DNA of 64,000 nt. Source: Desulfobacterales bacterium (lineage in GTDB: Bacteria; Desulfobacterota; Desulfobacteria; Desulfobacterales; UBA2174). Numbering within the stretch: position 1 is the stretch's first letter; each line of letters opens with the position of its first letter. Positions 50,190 through 59,896 of the stretch are shown piece after piece. Where the stretch lies: the NCBI GenBank assembly GCA_963668645.2, contig CAXXWC010000021.1:384001-448000 (forward strand), written 5' to 3'. Position numbers and translations under genes: made by a program. The notes under the pieces are model-generated. The model ran no database searches. It worked only from the letters and a program-made list of their open reading frames with translations, and was not told where the DNA came from.

Positions 50190-50834
50190 TCAGGGCGCCG
50201 TGCGGCAGGCAGATAGGGCCAGGCTGGCCACCAGGTGATCCACGCCGCCGGCAAACATCTCGTCGTAGCGCATCCCCTCGAGCAAGGTGGGTTCCAGCTT
50301 GCGGTAGTGGATCAGTCCGTGGACCGATGCCACAAAAAGAATGGCAAAGAGGCGCGCGTCGATCTGCGCGTCGAAGCTTCCCAGGCGCTGGCCCGTAAGC
50401 ACCAGTTCGCAGATCAGTTCGATGATGCGGGTGCCGTGACGGTCGATCTGCCCTTTCAAAGAGGCTTCGAAGAGCACCTGCGGGGCGGTAAGAAAGCAGT
50501 TGATCACATCGAAGTAGTCGCGGTTTTCACGGGCGAAGGAGAGCATGGCTGCGGCGGCCCGCCGCAGCTTTTCGGAAGGATCGGCGGTTGTCTGCTGGGC
50601 CTGGTCGATGCGCGCATGGAGCAGATCCAGGCCCTCTTGCTGCAGTTCGGCAAAAATCTCCTCCTTGCTGCGGTAATAAAAATAGATTGTGCCGACGCCC
50701 AGCTCGGCCGCCTTGGCGATCTGGTTGATCGAGGCGGCCCGCAGCCCTTTTTCGAAAAGCAGGGTGCGGGCCACATCCAGGATCTGTTGGCGCCTTGCCC
50801 GGCGCTCGCGCGCCTTACGCTCGGCAATTCCCAT
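50190..50834 (-). CDS. TetR-family regulator
   Basis: SINQIAKAAELGVGTIYFYYRSKEE HTH. Confidence 0.93.
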   Translation of the reverse strand: MGIAERKARERRARRQQILDVARTLLFEKGLRAASINQIAKAAELGVGTIYFYYRSKEEIFAELQQEGLDLLHARIDQAQQTTADPSEKLRRAAAAMLSFARENRDYFDVINCFLTAPQVLFEASLKGQIDRHGTRIIELICELVLTGQRLGSFDAQIDARLFAILFVASVHGLIHYRKLEPTLLEGMRYDEMFAGGVDHLVASLALSACRTAP

Positions 50835-50846
50835 CGATAAAACCTC

Positions 50847-51794
50847 CTAAGGCATACGGCAATCTGCAGCCGGCACTGAGAGTTCAACATCCGGCAGCCG
50901 TTGGTGTGAAAAAAACCAGGCTGCCGTCAGACCGGCGATAATATGCCACACCCCCCACCAGGCTACAAGGATTGCCATGCCGCCCAGGCCGTTAAAAAAG
51001 TTAAACACCAGCACCAGCCCGAGGGCCGAATTCTGGATGCCCACTTCGATACACACGGCCCGGCAGTCGCGGATCGGCAAGCGCGCCGCCCTGCCGGACC
51101 AGTAGCCGATGTTCAGGGCGAGCAGATTGTGCAGAAAAACCGCCAGCATCACCAGTCCCACGTAGCGCAGAAAGTTGGACCAGTTGGCGCCCAGGGCGCC
51201 GAGGACGATGATGATGAAAAAGACCAGCGAAAAAATCTTGAACGGCTTGCGCACCCGGTCGGCCAAGCGCGGATACCGTTTGCCGAGGGCCAGCCCCAGG
51301 GCCAGGGGGATGCCCAGGATGAGAAAAACGGTGGTGAACACGTCCACCGGACTGAGGCTGACCTGCTTCAGGATGGCGGCCGTGTTGGGGTTGAGTCCTC
51401 CCCAGATCGCAAGGTTGAGCGGCGTCATGAAGATGGCCGCCGTGGTGGACAAGGCCGTCATGGTGATCGACACGGCGCAGTTGCCCCGGGCCAGGTAGGT
51501 CATGATATTGGACAGATTTCCCCCGGGGCACGCGGCCACCAGGATCATGCCCAGGGCCATGCTCGGATGGGGTTTGAGCACCATGGTCAGCAGATAGGTA
51601 AAGGCCGGCAGCAGGACGAACTGGGCCACCATGCCGATGGCCGGGGCCTTGGGGCTTTTGATGATCTGCTTGAAATCTTCCAGTTTCAGATCGAGAGCCA
51701 CGCCGAGCATCATCAGGCCGATGGCGCAGTTGAGAACCATTAATCCCTGGGGGTTGAAGTTGAGGTGGACCTGATCGATAGCAGCCATTTCCAT
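50847..51794 (-). CDS. Bile acid:sodium symporter family transporter
   Basis: AQFVLLP, ACPGGNLSN, IEVGIQNSALG; RBS AAGGAGG. Confidence 0.92.
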   Translation of the reverse strand: MEMAAIDQVHLNFNPQGLMVLNCAIGLMMLGVALDLKLEDFKQIIKSPKAPAIGMVAQFVLLPAFTYLLTMVLKPHPSMALGMILVAACPGGNLSNIMTYLARGNCAVSITMTALSTTAAIFMTPLNLAIWGGLNPNTAAILKQVSLSPVDVFTTVFLILGIPLALGLALGKRYPRLADRVRKPFKIFSLVFFIIIVLGALGANWSNFLRYVGLVMLAVFLHNLLALNIGYWSGRAARLPIRDCRAVCIEVGIQNSALGLVLVFNFFNGLGGMAILVAWWGVWHIIAGLTAAWFFSHQRLPDVELSVPAADCRMP

Positions 51795-51844
51795 GGGAAG
51801 CGATCCTCCTTCGGTCGCAAAAGACCGATTCTGCATGCACTGCG

Positions 51845-51883
51845 GCGGGCGGATCGGCGCCCTCTGGCCCCGGATCCGCCCGC
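51845..51883. other. GC-rich intergenic hairpin
   Basis: gcgggcggatc / gatccgcccgc; no U-tail. Confidence 0.5.
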
Positions 51884-51904
51884 GCGCGGTAGCGGTATGC
51901 CCCG

Positions 51905-53599
51905 TCAGGCCTTGTAGGCGCCGACGTTGGCCAGGGCCATGCTCCCGGGGCTGACGGTGGTCGTATCGGTCATCACGTTGATACAGGCCGTCTTGCCCGA
52001 GGCGAAAGCGGCCTCCAGGGCCGGCCGGATCTGGTCGGGCGATTCGACCAGGGCCCCGAAGCCGCCCAGGGCCTCGACGAGCTTGTGATAATCGACCCGG
52101 CCGATCCAGGTCCCGTCGGCGATGGCATGGCCGATGCGGATCTCCTGGCTGTGGCGGATCATGCCCCAGCCCTGGTCGTTGGAGATCACCACCACGATGG
52201 GCAGCTTCTTGCGGATGGCGTTTTCAAACTCCATGAAGTTGAAGCCGACCGAGCCGTCGCCGCTGATCAGGGCCACGCGGCTTTGCGGGTAGCGCAATTG
52301 GGCCGCAATGGCGTAAGGCATGCCGACGGCCAGAGAGCCGAAGATGCCGTAGTCCAGGTACCGGCCCGGCCGGTTGCAGGTGCGCGTCATCCCCATCCAG
52401 GTGGTCGTGTCGCCGCCGTCGGCCACCAGCACATCGTCTTCGCGGTCCATGAAGCGGTTCACCTCACGGGCCAGGCGCAGCGGATGGATCGGCACCGCAT
52501 CGCTGCTCCAGTCCTTTTCGGCCATGGCCTTGCCGTCTGCGTGGGCCTTTTTCAGGGTTTCGATCCAGGGCGCGAAGCGGGTGCGCAGGCTCGCGGCCTC
52601 TCCCGAGGCTTCCAGGCGGCGGTTGAGCTCGTCCACAAAGGCGCCCACATCCCCCACAATGGGAAGATCGACCCGGCGGTTACGCCCGATCTCCTCGGGG
52701 CAGATATCCACCTGCACCAGGCGCGCGGCCGGGTTGAAGACCTGGCCGAACATGTAATAGAGGCAGACCCGGGTGCCGAGCAGGATCACCAGGTCGGTCT
52801 CCAGGTAAGCGGCAAAAGCGCCGCCCGGTCGGATCGCCAGGGCCCCTTCGAAACAGAGGGGATGATCATCCGGCACCACCCCGCGGCCGGATAAGGAGGT
52901 GAACAGCGGCAGCCCGGCCGCCTCGATAAAGCGTGTCAACGTCTCCCCGGCCGCTGCCTGCCAGATGCCGGTCCCCCCGATGATCACCGGTTTTTGGGCC
53001 TGGCCGATCATCTCGAGCAGCCTGCCGGCTCCCTCGATGTCCACCGGTCGCGAAACCACCTCGGTGGCGGCCCGATGTACGGCGCTCTCGTCGACCTTGG
53101 CGTTGAGCACGTCGACGGGGATCTCGAGGTAGACCGGTCCGGGCCGGCCGCTTTCGGCATAGCGGAAGGCCATCTCCACGAACTCGGGCACCCGTTCGGT
53201 CTTGAAACAGACCAGGGTCTTTTTCACCATGGTGCGGATCACCGGCTCCTGGGTCATATCCTGCAAATCGAGTTTCTCGCGCGTTTCCGTGCCCACCGCA
53301 CCGCAGATCAGCACCAGGGGCGTGTTGGACTGAAAGGCGCTGGCCACCCCGGTCAGGGCGTTTGTAAATCCCGGGCCGGCCGTGACCATGGCCACCCCGG
53401 CGCGCCGGGTCATCTTGCCCCAGGCCTCGGCCATGAACAGGGCCGCCTGCTCGTGGCGCGTGTCCACCAGGCGGATGGGGGTGTTTTCCAGGTACTGGTA
53501 GATGGGGGTGATATGTCCTCCGCTGAGGGTGAAGATCTTCTCCACTCCGTGGTCGACCAGGGTCTGGGCGACCAACTGGCCGCCGGTCATTTTTGCCAT
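51905..53599 (-). CDS. TPP-dependent enzyme (acetolactate synthase/2-hydroxyacyl-CoA lyase-like)
   Basis: FTLSGGHI, RHEQAA, VTAGPG, GDGSVGF...SND. Confidence 0.9.
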   Translation of the reverse strand: MAKMTGGQLVAQTLVDHGVEKIFTLSGGHITPIYQYLENTPIRLVDTRHEQAALFMAEAWGKMTRRAGVAMVTAGPGFTNALTGVASAFQSNTPLVLICGAVGTETREKLDLQDMTQEPVIRTMVKKTLVCFKTERVPEFVEMAFRYAESGRPGPVYLEIPVDVLNAKVDESAVHRAATEVVSRPVDIEGAGRLLEMIGQAQKPVIIGGTGIWQAAAGETLTRFIEAAGLPLFTSLSGRGVVPDDHPLCFEGALAIRPGGAFAAYLETDLVILLGTRVCLYYMFGQVFNPAARLVQVDICPEEIGRNRRVDLPIVGDVGAFVDELNRRLEASGEAASLRTRFAPWIETLKKAHADGKAMAEKDWSSDAVPIHPLRLAREVNRFMDREDDVLVADGGDTTTWMGMTRTCNRPGRYLDYGIFGSLAVGMPYAIAAQLRYPQSRVALISGDGSVGFNFMEFENAIRKKLPIVVVISNDQGWGMIRHSQEIRIGHAIADGTWIGRVDYHKLVEALGGFGALVESPDQIRPALEAAFASGKTACINVMTDTTTVSPGSMALANVGAYKA

Positions 53600-53685
53600 A
53601 GCTTGCCTCCTCGATGGCGCCCCGTGCGGCGCCGTTGGGCGAAGCGCCGTGCCGCTCCGCTTGCGTTGAACCAATCCTTCTTCGA

Positions 53686-54522
53686 TCAAAGTTCCATCAG
53701 CTGGCCGCCGGTGACGTTGATCGCCTGGCCGGTCAGGTACGAAGATGCGTCGGAGGCCAGGAAAGCCACCAGACGTCCCACCTCGGCCGGTTCACCGATG
53801 CGTCCCAGCGGGATGGTCTTGCACATTTCGGCCTCCCGGTCGGCCGGGGTGCAATTGAAAAACTGGGCCTCGAGGCCGAAACGCCAGCGCTCAAGGTCGG
53901 TCATGATCTGGCCCGGGCAAATGGCGTTGACCCGCAGCCCCTCTCCGGCCAGTTCCAGGGCCATGACCTTGGTGAGCATGATCACCCCGGCCTTGGCCAC
54001 CGCATAAGCCCCGTTGAACAGCGGCGGCACCTTGCCGGCCCGCGAGGCGGTGTTGACGATGCAGCCGCGGCTGCCGCGCATCAGGGGCACCATGGCCCGG
54101 GTGACGCGAAACACGCTGTGCAGGTTGACGTCGATGGTCCGCATCCAGTCACCCTCGTCGTAGGTCATAAACCCGTTGGGCACGCCGAAGGAGGCCCCGG
54201 CGTTGTTGCACAGTACGTGCACCCGCTCGAAGGCGGCGCCGATTTGGGAGACCATGGCCGCGATGGCCGCGTTGTCGGTGACATCCACCCCCACGGCCAG
54301 GGTCTGCACGCTGTGGGTCTCGGCCAGCTCGGCCGCGATCTGCCGCAATTGTTCGAGACTGCCGCTTTTGACCTGCCCGTTTTGTCCGCTTTCCTGAGCC
54401 AGGTCCGCCAGGATCACATTGGCGCCGCTGGCGGCCAGTTCGGCAGCGATGGCATAACCGATCCCCGTTTTCTTGCCCGCACCGGTCACCAGGGCCGTCT
54501 TGCCATTGAGATCTTGATACAT
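53686..54522 (-). CDS. SDR-family oxidoreductase
   Basis: TGAGKKTGIG, NNAG, YAVAK, NAICPG. Confidence 0.93.
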   Translation of the reverse strand: MYQDLNGKTALVTGAGKKTGIGYAIAAELAASGANVILADLAQESGQNGQVKSGSLEQLRQIAAELAETHSVQTLAVGVDVTDNAAIAAMVSQIGAAFERVHVLCNNAGASFGVPNGFMTYDEGDWMRTIDVNLHSVFRVTRAMVPLMRGSRGCIVNTASRAGKVPPLFNGAYAVAKAGVIMLTKVMALELAGEGLRVNAICPGQIMTDLERWRFGLEAQFFNCTPADREAEMCKTIPLGRIGEPAEVGRLVAFLASDASSYLTGQAINVTGGQLMEL

Positions 54523-54554
54523 AGCGCCTCCTGTTAGTAAACAATGTTTGTTTT

Positions 54555-54859
54555 TAGAACACTGCTCGACAATAACACTTCGAGAAAAATTTGCAACTCG
54601 AATAATGCTCGGTTTTCGAAAATATCGTTTATCACTTTTCAAGCCGCTTTGTCCCCCTCATTGTCGATTGTCTGAACCACTCTTCCGGTGTCTCCTGGCA
54701 CGTGACGCAACTGCAACTTTCAGTAGACACTTTTCTTAGATTTATAAGCCAATACAGTCGAATCAGACCTATTCATAGAGCCTGGCAAAGGACGGATTTT
54801 ATCTTATTAGCAGGTACACAAATTGCTTGAATTTATCCACGGAATCGAATAGTGCTCGA
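54555..54859. promoter_or_regulatory. Three quasi-palindromic operator boxes in a divergent promoter
   Basis: TAGAACACTGCTCGA (54555), TCGAATAATGCTCGG (54598), TCGAATAGTGCTCGA (54845). Confidence 0.65.
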
Positions 54860-54892
54860 TTATCGAAAGGTAAACTGACTTGGAGGTTCTCT

Positions 54893-55873
54893 ATGTTCCG
54901 TCTTTTTCGGCTTCTCCTTCTCCTGCTGCCGGCCCTGTGCGCCTCGGCTCAGCTGCCGGCTCCCGAGGCCGGCGCCGGCCCGCCGCCCACCACCGCAGCC
55001 CCCCGCATCATGCTTTTCGCGGCGGCCGGACGATCCGACGGCCTCTTTCTGGCCTTCGGTGATCACGGCACCGTTCTCACGCTGACTTCCGAAGGCCTGG
55101 CGGCTTCGATCACCTCTTTGCCCGGGGCCCGCTCCCTGCTCGATTTTGCCTGGATCGACGCAAATCGCGGCTGGGGCGCCGGGAGCGGCGGCCTGCTGGC
55201 CGCTACCGAGGACAGGGGAAAGACTTTTCGTATCCTGCAAGCTCCGGTCAGCCGTCATCTTCTGGCCGTCGCCTTCGGCGACCAGCGCCACGGCTGTGCC
55301 GTGGGCGACTGGGGCCGCATCACGGTCACCAGCGACGGCGGAACCACCTGGCAGGACGCCTCTTTGACCGAGGATGTGATTCTGTACGGGGTGGTTTTCA
55401 CCGATGCCCGCAGCGCCTGCGCCGTGGGCGAGATGGGCCGTGTATTTGTCAGCACCGATGCGGGCAACAGCTGGCAGGAGAGCGCCTCGGGAATCGACAC
55501 GACCCTGTTTGGCATCGCGGCCGGCCCCCAGGGCCTGCTGGCCGCCGGACTTGACGGCAACCTGATCGCCTCGGCCGACAACGGCCTGACCTGGACCCCG
55601 GTGCAAAGCGGCAGCGATCGGTCCCTTTACGATATCGCCATTTCGCAAAACGAGGTCTGGGCCGTGGGTGATGCCGGAGTTGCGATCCATTCCGTCGACG
55701 CCGGCCGCACCTGGAATTCGGTGGCCCTGCCGGACGGATCGCCGCGTTCCACGCTCACCGCCGTTGCGCTCGGGCCGGATCCTCAACATGGGGTGGTGGT
55801 CGGAGAGAACGGCACGGTGTTGACCATCTCCAAAGGGCGGCTGGCAGCGCCGGCAGACAGGAGGAAACCATGA
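54893..55873 (+). CDS. YCF48/BNR-repeat beta-propeller protein
   Basis: Repeated AVG..G.I..S.D.G.TW; signal peptide. Confidence 0.88.
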   Translation: MFRLFRLLLLLLPALCASAQLPAPEAGAGPPPTTAAPRIMLFAAAGRSDGLFLAFGDHGTVLTLTSEGLAASITSLPGARSLLDFAWIDANRGWGAGSGGLLAATEDRGKTFRILQAPVSRHLLAVAFGDQRHGCAVGDWGRITVTSDGGTTWQDASLTEDVILYGVVFTDARSACAVGEMGRVFVSTDAGNSWQESASGIDTTLFGIAAGPQGLLAAGLDGNLIASADNGLTWTPVQSGSDRSLYDIAISQNEVWAVGDAGVAIHSVDAGRTWNSVALPDGSPRSTLTAVALGPDPQHGVVVGENGTVLTISKGRLAAPADRRKP

Positions 55874-58098
55874 ATTTCAGCAATGCCTGGATCGGCTGGC
55901 TGGCCGGCCGCCGGTACCGCGCCTTGGCCCTCTGGCTGCTTTTCACTGCAGTGCTCGGGTTCGGCCTGGGCCGGGTTAAACTCGATCAAGCCGTTACGGC
56001 CCTCTTCCCGCCGGCCCATCCCTACATGCAGATCAACGAGCGCTACAAAGAGATGCTCGCCCAACCGGACCGCCTGATTGCCATTTTGGCCGTTAAGGAA
56101 GGCGACATCTACTCCGCCTCGACCCTCGATCGTCTCCAGAAGCTCACCCGGGCCGTACTCGAACTTCCCGGATGCGACGCGGCCGATATCCGTTCAATCA
56201 CCGAAACCAGCGTCAAACACATGGCCGTTTCGGCCTGGGGGGTGGAAAACAATCCGGTCATGGACCGCGGCATCCCTGAGGACGCCGCCCAAATGGCACG
56301 GTTGCGCCGGCGCATCGAAACCGACCCCTCGATCAACGGGGTGTTCGTCGCCTACGACGGGAGCGCCGCCTCGGTGATGGCCCGCTGGAAAAAAGGCGAC
56401 AAACTCGGCCGGCTCCATGACGACCTGGCGGCCCTGGCGCAAAGCCTGTCCGACGACCGGCACCAGGTCTACTTTGCCGGCGCACCGGCCCTCGGCGCCC
56501 ACGTGGTCCACCGTCTGGGCCAGCTCAAGACCGCCGGCCTGGCCGCCATTGTGCTGCTGGTGGTCTTTTCGCTGCTGGCCCTGCGCAGCCTCCAGGGGGT
56601 GCTGGTCCCCCTGCTGGCCCTGGTGACCACCGCGGTCTGGGGCGCCGGCCTGTGCGGCTGGACAGCCTCGGCCGTCCATTTTCTGACCATCGTCCCGCTG
56701 CTGTTTATCGTTACGCTGGCATGCACCCTGGCCGCCGCATGGGTCCGTGAATACCGGCGCCGTCTTTTCCAGGGCAGCGGCAGGCAAGAAGCCCTGAAAT
56801 GGGCCGCTGCGCGCATAATCCCGCCCACGGCTGCCGGCGTTTTCGTCCTGGCGGCCGCCGGCGCCGCCATGGCTGCGGCCCCGGTGCCGCTTTTGGCCGA
56901 GTTGGGCCGGGCCGCGATCTGCTGGGCAGTGGGCGCCGGGGCCGCCGTTTTATGGACCACCCCCCTGGCCCTGGCGCTGATTCCCTGCGCCTTGCGCCCC
57001 GCACCGGCCGCCGGGATGGCCGGCTTTTGTCCGGCGGGCAGAGCCGCCATTATCCTGGCGCTGGTCCTGGCCCTGGCCGGTGCCTGGACCGCCACCCGCC
57101 TGCCGGCGGGGGGTAACGAGCCGGGAAAGGCCCTCTTTTATCGCAGCTCCCCTTACAACCGCGCCTTTGCGCTGTTCAACGACCGTTTCATCGGCGGCTA
57201 CAACATGACGGTGGTGGCCGAAGGGCGCCAGCCCGGGGCACTCAAGGATCTTGGTGTCATGGAGCTCATCGGCCGCTTCCAGGACACCCTGGCCAGCGAT
57301 ACCGATGCGCGCGCGTGCATTTCGGTGGCCATGATGATGAAGCTCATCGGCCGGATCTATCACGAAGGAAACCCCAAATGGGCCCAGATCCCGGCCGATG
57401 ATCAGGAACGGCTCACCCGGGGCGGGGCGATCAAGATGGGCGGCAACGCCGGCCAGTGGCTCGACGAGACCTGGTCACGCGGTTCGATCCAGGCCATGTA
57501 TGGCAGCGACGACGATGGGGCCATGCAAAGGCGCCTGGAGCGGGCACAGACCTTCATCGCGGCCAATCCATCCGAAAAGGTGGAGTTCATGGCCGCCACC
57601 GGATTCATGGGGACCATCGCCGCCATGAATCAGGCCGGGATCAAGGCCTACTGGAGCGCTTTGTGGACGGCCCTGGCCGCCAGTCTCCTGGTGGCACTGA
57701 TCTGGACCCGCGCGCCGCTTCTGACCGCCCGCCTGGCCCTGTGCCTGGCCGCGGCCGAGGGGGGGGTCTGGCTGCTTATGGGCGCCACCGGCCAGGCCAT
57801 CGGCATCGGCGATGCGGCCGTGGCTCCGCTGGCCGCGGCCTTCGGCACCGCGATCTTCCTGGCCCGCGCCGGCCGCCTGCCGGCGGCCTTTCCGAGCATA
57901 GCCCTGGGGGCCGCCGTGGGGGCATCCCTGCTGATCCCCTGGGCCCCGGTTGAACTGCGGATGTTTTCCGAACCGGCCCGCTGGCTGCTGTGTGCCGGCC
58001 TGCTGCTTGTGGCCGGTGCCGGCCTGCTCGGATCTTCAGCGCCCGCTGGCGAGGGCGATTGCAGCACCCCGGAAAAAATGGACCGACAAGACTTCTAA
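55870..58098 (+). CDS. RND/MMPL-family transporter
   Basis: Two repeats of TM helix, periplasmic domain and TM bundle; typical YCF48/DUF1302/DUF1329 context. Confidence 0.82.
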   Translation: MNFSNAWIGWLAGRRYRALALWLLFTAVLGFGLGRVKLDQAVTALFPPAHPYMQINERYKEMLAQPDRLIAILAVKEGDIYSASTLDRLQKLTRAVLELPGCDAADIRSITETSVKHMAVSAWGVENNPVMDRGIPEDAAQMARLRRRIETDPSINGVFVAYDGSAASVMARWKKGDKLGRLHDDLAALAQSLSDDRHQVYFAGAPALGAHVVHRLGQLKTAGLAAIVLLVVFSLLALRSLQGVLVPLLALVTTAVWGAGLCGWTASAVHFLTIVPLLFIVTLACTLAAAWVREYRRRLFQGSGRQEALKWAAARIIPPTAAGVFVLAAAGAAMAAAPVPLLAELGRAAICWAVGAGAAVLWTTPLALALIPCALRPAPAAGMAGFCPAGRAAIILALVLALAGAWTATRLPAGGNEPGKALFYRSSPYNRAFALFNDRFIGGYNMTVVAEGRQPGALKDLGVMELIGRFQDTLASDTDARACISVAMMMKLIGRIYHEGNPKWAQIPADDQERLTRGGAIKMGGNAGQWLDETWSRGSIQAMYGSDDDGAMQRRLERAQTFIAANPSEKVEFMAATGFMGTIAAMNQAGIKAYWSALWTALAASLLVALIWTRAPLLTARLALCLAAAEGGVWLLMGATGQAIGIGDAAVAPLAAAFGTAIFLARAGRLPAAFPSIALGAAVGASLLIPWAPVELRMFSEPARWLLCAGLLLVAGAGLLGSSAPAGEGDCSTPEKMDRQDF

Positions 58099-58136
58099 CA
58101 TCAACGGGATCATCAACGGAGGAGGCACGACAAGCG

Positions 58137-59855
58137 ATGAGGGCAAACAGATGGATCAAAACAAGCATCGGCTGGATGTTGGGTTTGCTGCTGGCCGCGG
58201 GACCCTGCGGGGCCATCTCGCTCAACGAAGCCGGCACCATGAACCTGACGGGCAAAATCGAAACCCGCAACACTTTTCGCATCGAGGACTCGGACCCGTA
58301 CCGCTGGCCAAAGGTCGAGGCCGGCGACATGGTCGAGCAGCGCAACACCCTGCAGCTCGAATTCGACCATGACATGGGCCAACTGGGCGATTCATCCTTC
58401 GAATTCAAGTACCATCTCGTGGGCCGGGCCTATTATGACGGGATCTTCGACTACGGTCCGGATGTCTGGCGCAATGTGCGCGACACGAACCCCCAGATCC
58501 GCGATGACATCGACGACCAGAAGACGGACGTGGAACTGCGTGAAGGCTATTTCGACCTGAGTTCCGGGCCGTTTTTTTTGCGCATCGGCAGGCAAAACCT
58601 CGCCTGGGGCGAGACCGATGCCAAGCGGCTCCTCGACGCCATCAACCCGCTGGACAACACCCGCCCCTTTCTTAAACTCGACGACCGCCGCATCCCGCTC
58701 TGGATGGCCCGCAGCACCTACAATCTGGGCTCTTTCGGTTTCTTGAGCTCTTTGAATATCGAAGGCTTCATCTCCCCGTGCCTCGGTCGCTCGGATGACC
58801 GGGTCGGCCCCACCACCGCGGCCGGCTCGCCGTACGCCGTCACCGAAAACCAACCCACCGGGGTGCTGCTCGACACCACCATCCCCTACTTCAAGTCACG
58901 CAGCGTGCCGGACTCGGACCTTTCCGACGCCCGCTGGGGTGTCAGGGTCGGCGGGATCCTCGGCGACAATCTCGGCTTCACCCTGGCCCACTACCGCACC
59001 TACGTCACCACGGCCTACCCGGTGCTGCGGCGCATGCTCAAGAAGACCTTCTCCAATTCGAGCAACCAGGATGCCTATGCCGCCTTGATCAGCAGCGCCG
59101 CCGGCGTGCCGTCAGCCGCCTCGGCCGCAGTCAAGGCCGCCCTGGCCGGCGCCGACATGTCCAGCATCCTGGGCGCGGCCAGCGCGCAGTTCAACTACCT
59201 GGGCAGCCTGGCCATCTTTCCCGAGTACTGGCTCCAGGACGCCGTCTACGAGCCGCTGTATATCACCGGCGGGAGCTTCAACTTCTGGCAGCAGGATCTG
59301 GATGTCGTGTTCCGCGGTGAACTGGCCTACTTCCAGGACGAGCCGTTCTTCGATCCGGACGTCAACTTCAACATGAATCTGGCCAGCGGCGATGTGATCG
59401 GCATTCTTTCCGAAGACGGCACCCTGCCCGAAAGCGACGTCATCCGCTTCGCCTTCGGTCTGGACAAGCTCTTCTGGATCCGTCCCCTGAACAGCTCGAC
59501 CCGCTTTACCGCCGTGGCCCAATACTTCGGCGCCTATATCAAGGACTACCGCGACACCTTCGTCTTTCCGGTGACCAATCCGGATACGGGCAACTACGAC
59601 AGCATCAAGCGCTACGAGCAAACCTTCACCTTCAAGCTGAGCACCACCTACCTGTCCGGCACCCTGGAGCCGGAAATCGCCGTGCAGTACGATCCGCGGG
59701 GCAACTGGGCCATCCAGCCGGCCTGCGAGTACGAGTGGGATATGTGGCGTTTCAAGGTCGAAGGCACCCTGGGTACGGCCAACTGCATGGTCGACACCGG
59801 CGCGGTGCGCGACAAGGACGAAGTATCCTTTACCATCTCTTACCTGTTCCGTTGA
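58137..59855 (+). CDS. DUF1302-family outer-membrane protein
   Basis: Signal peptide; ELREGYFD, RIGRQNLAWGETD, DAINPLD; terminal YLF. Confidence 0.82.
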   Translation: MRANRWIKTSIGWMLGLLLAAGPCGAISLNEAGTMNLTGKIETRNTFRIEDSDPYRWPKVEAGDMVEQRNTLQLEFDHDMGQLGDSSFEFKYHLVGRAYYDGIFDYGPDVWRNVRDTNPQIRDDIDDQKTDVELREGYFDLSSGPFFLRIGRQNLAWGETDAKRLLDAINPLDNTRPFLKLDDRRIPLWMARSTYNLGSFGFLSSLNIEGFISPCLGRSDDRVGPTTAAGSPYAVTENQPTGVLLDTTIPYFKSRSVPDSDLSDARWGVRVGGILGDNLGFTLAHYRTYVTTAYPVLRRMLKKTFSNSSNQDAYAALISSAAGVPSAASAAVKAALAGADMSSILGAASAQFNYLGSLAIFPEYWLQDAVYEPLYITGGSFNFWQQDLDVVFRGELAYFQDEPFFDPDVNFNMNLASGDVIGILSEDGTLPESDVIRFAFGLDKLFWIRPLNSSTRFTAVAQYFGAYIKDYRDTFVFPVTNPDTGNYDSIKRYEQTFTFKLSTTYLSGTLEPEIAVQYDPRGNWAIQPACEYEWDMWRFKVEGTLGTANCMVDTGAVRDKDEVSFTISYLFR

Positions 59856-59896
59856 TCGGCAACCCGGCACGCGCCGGAGAGAAAGGAGATATTTCC

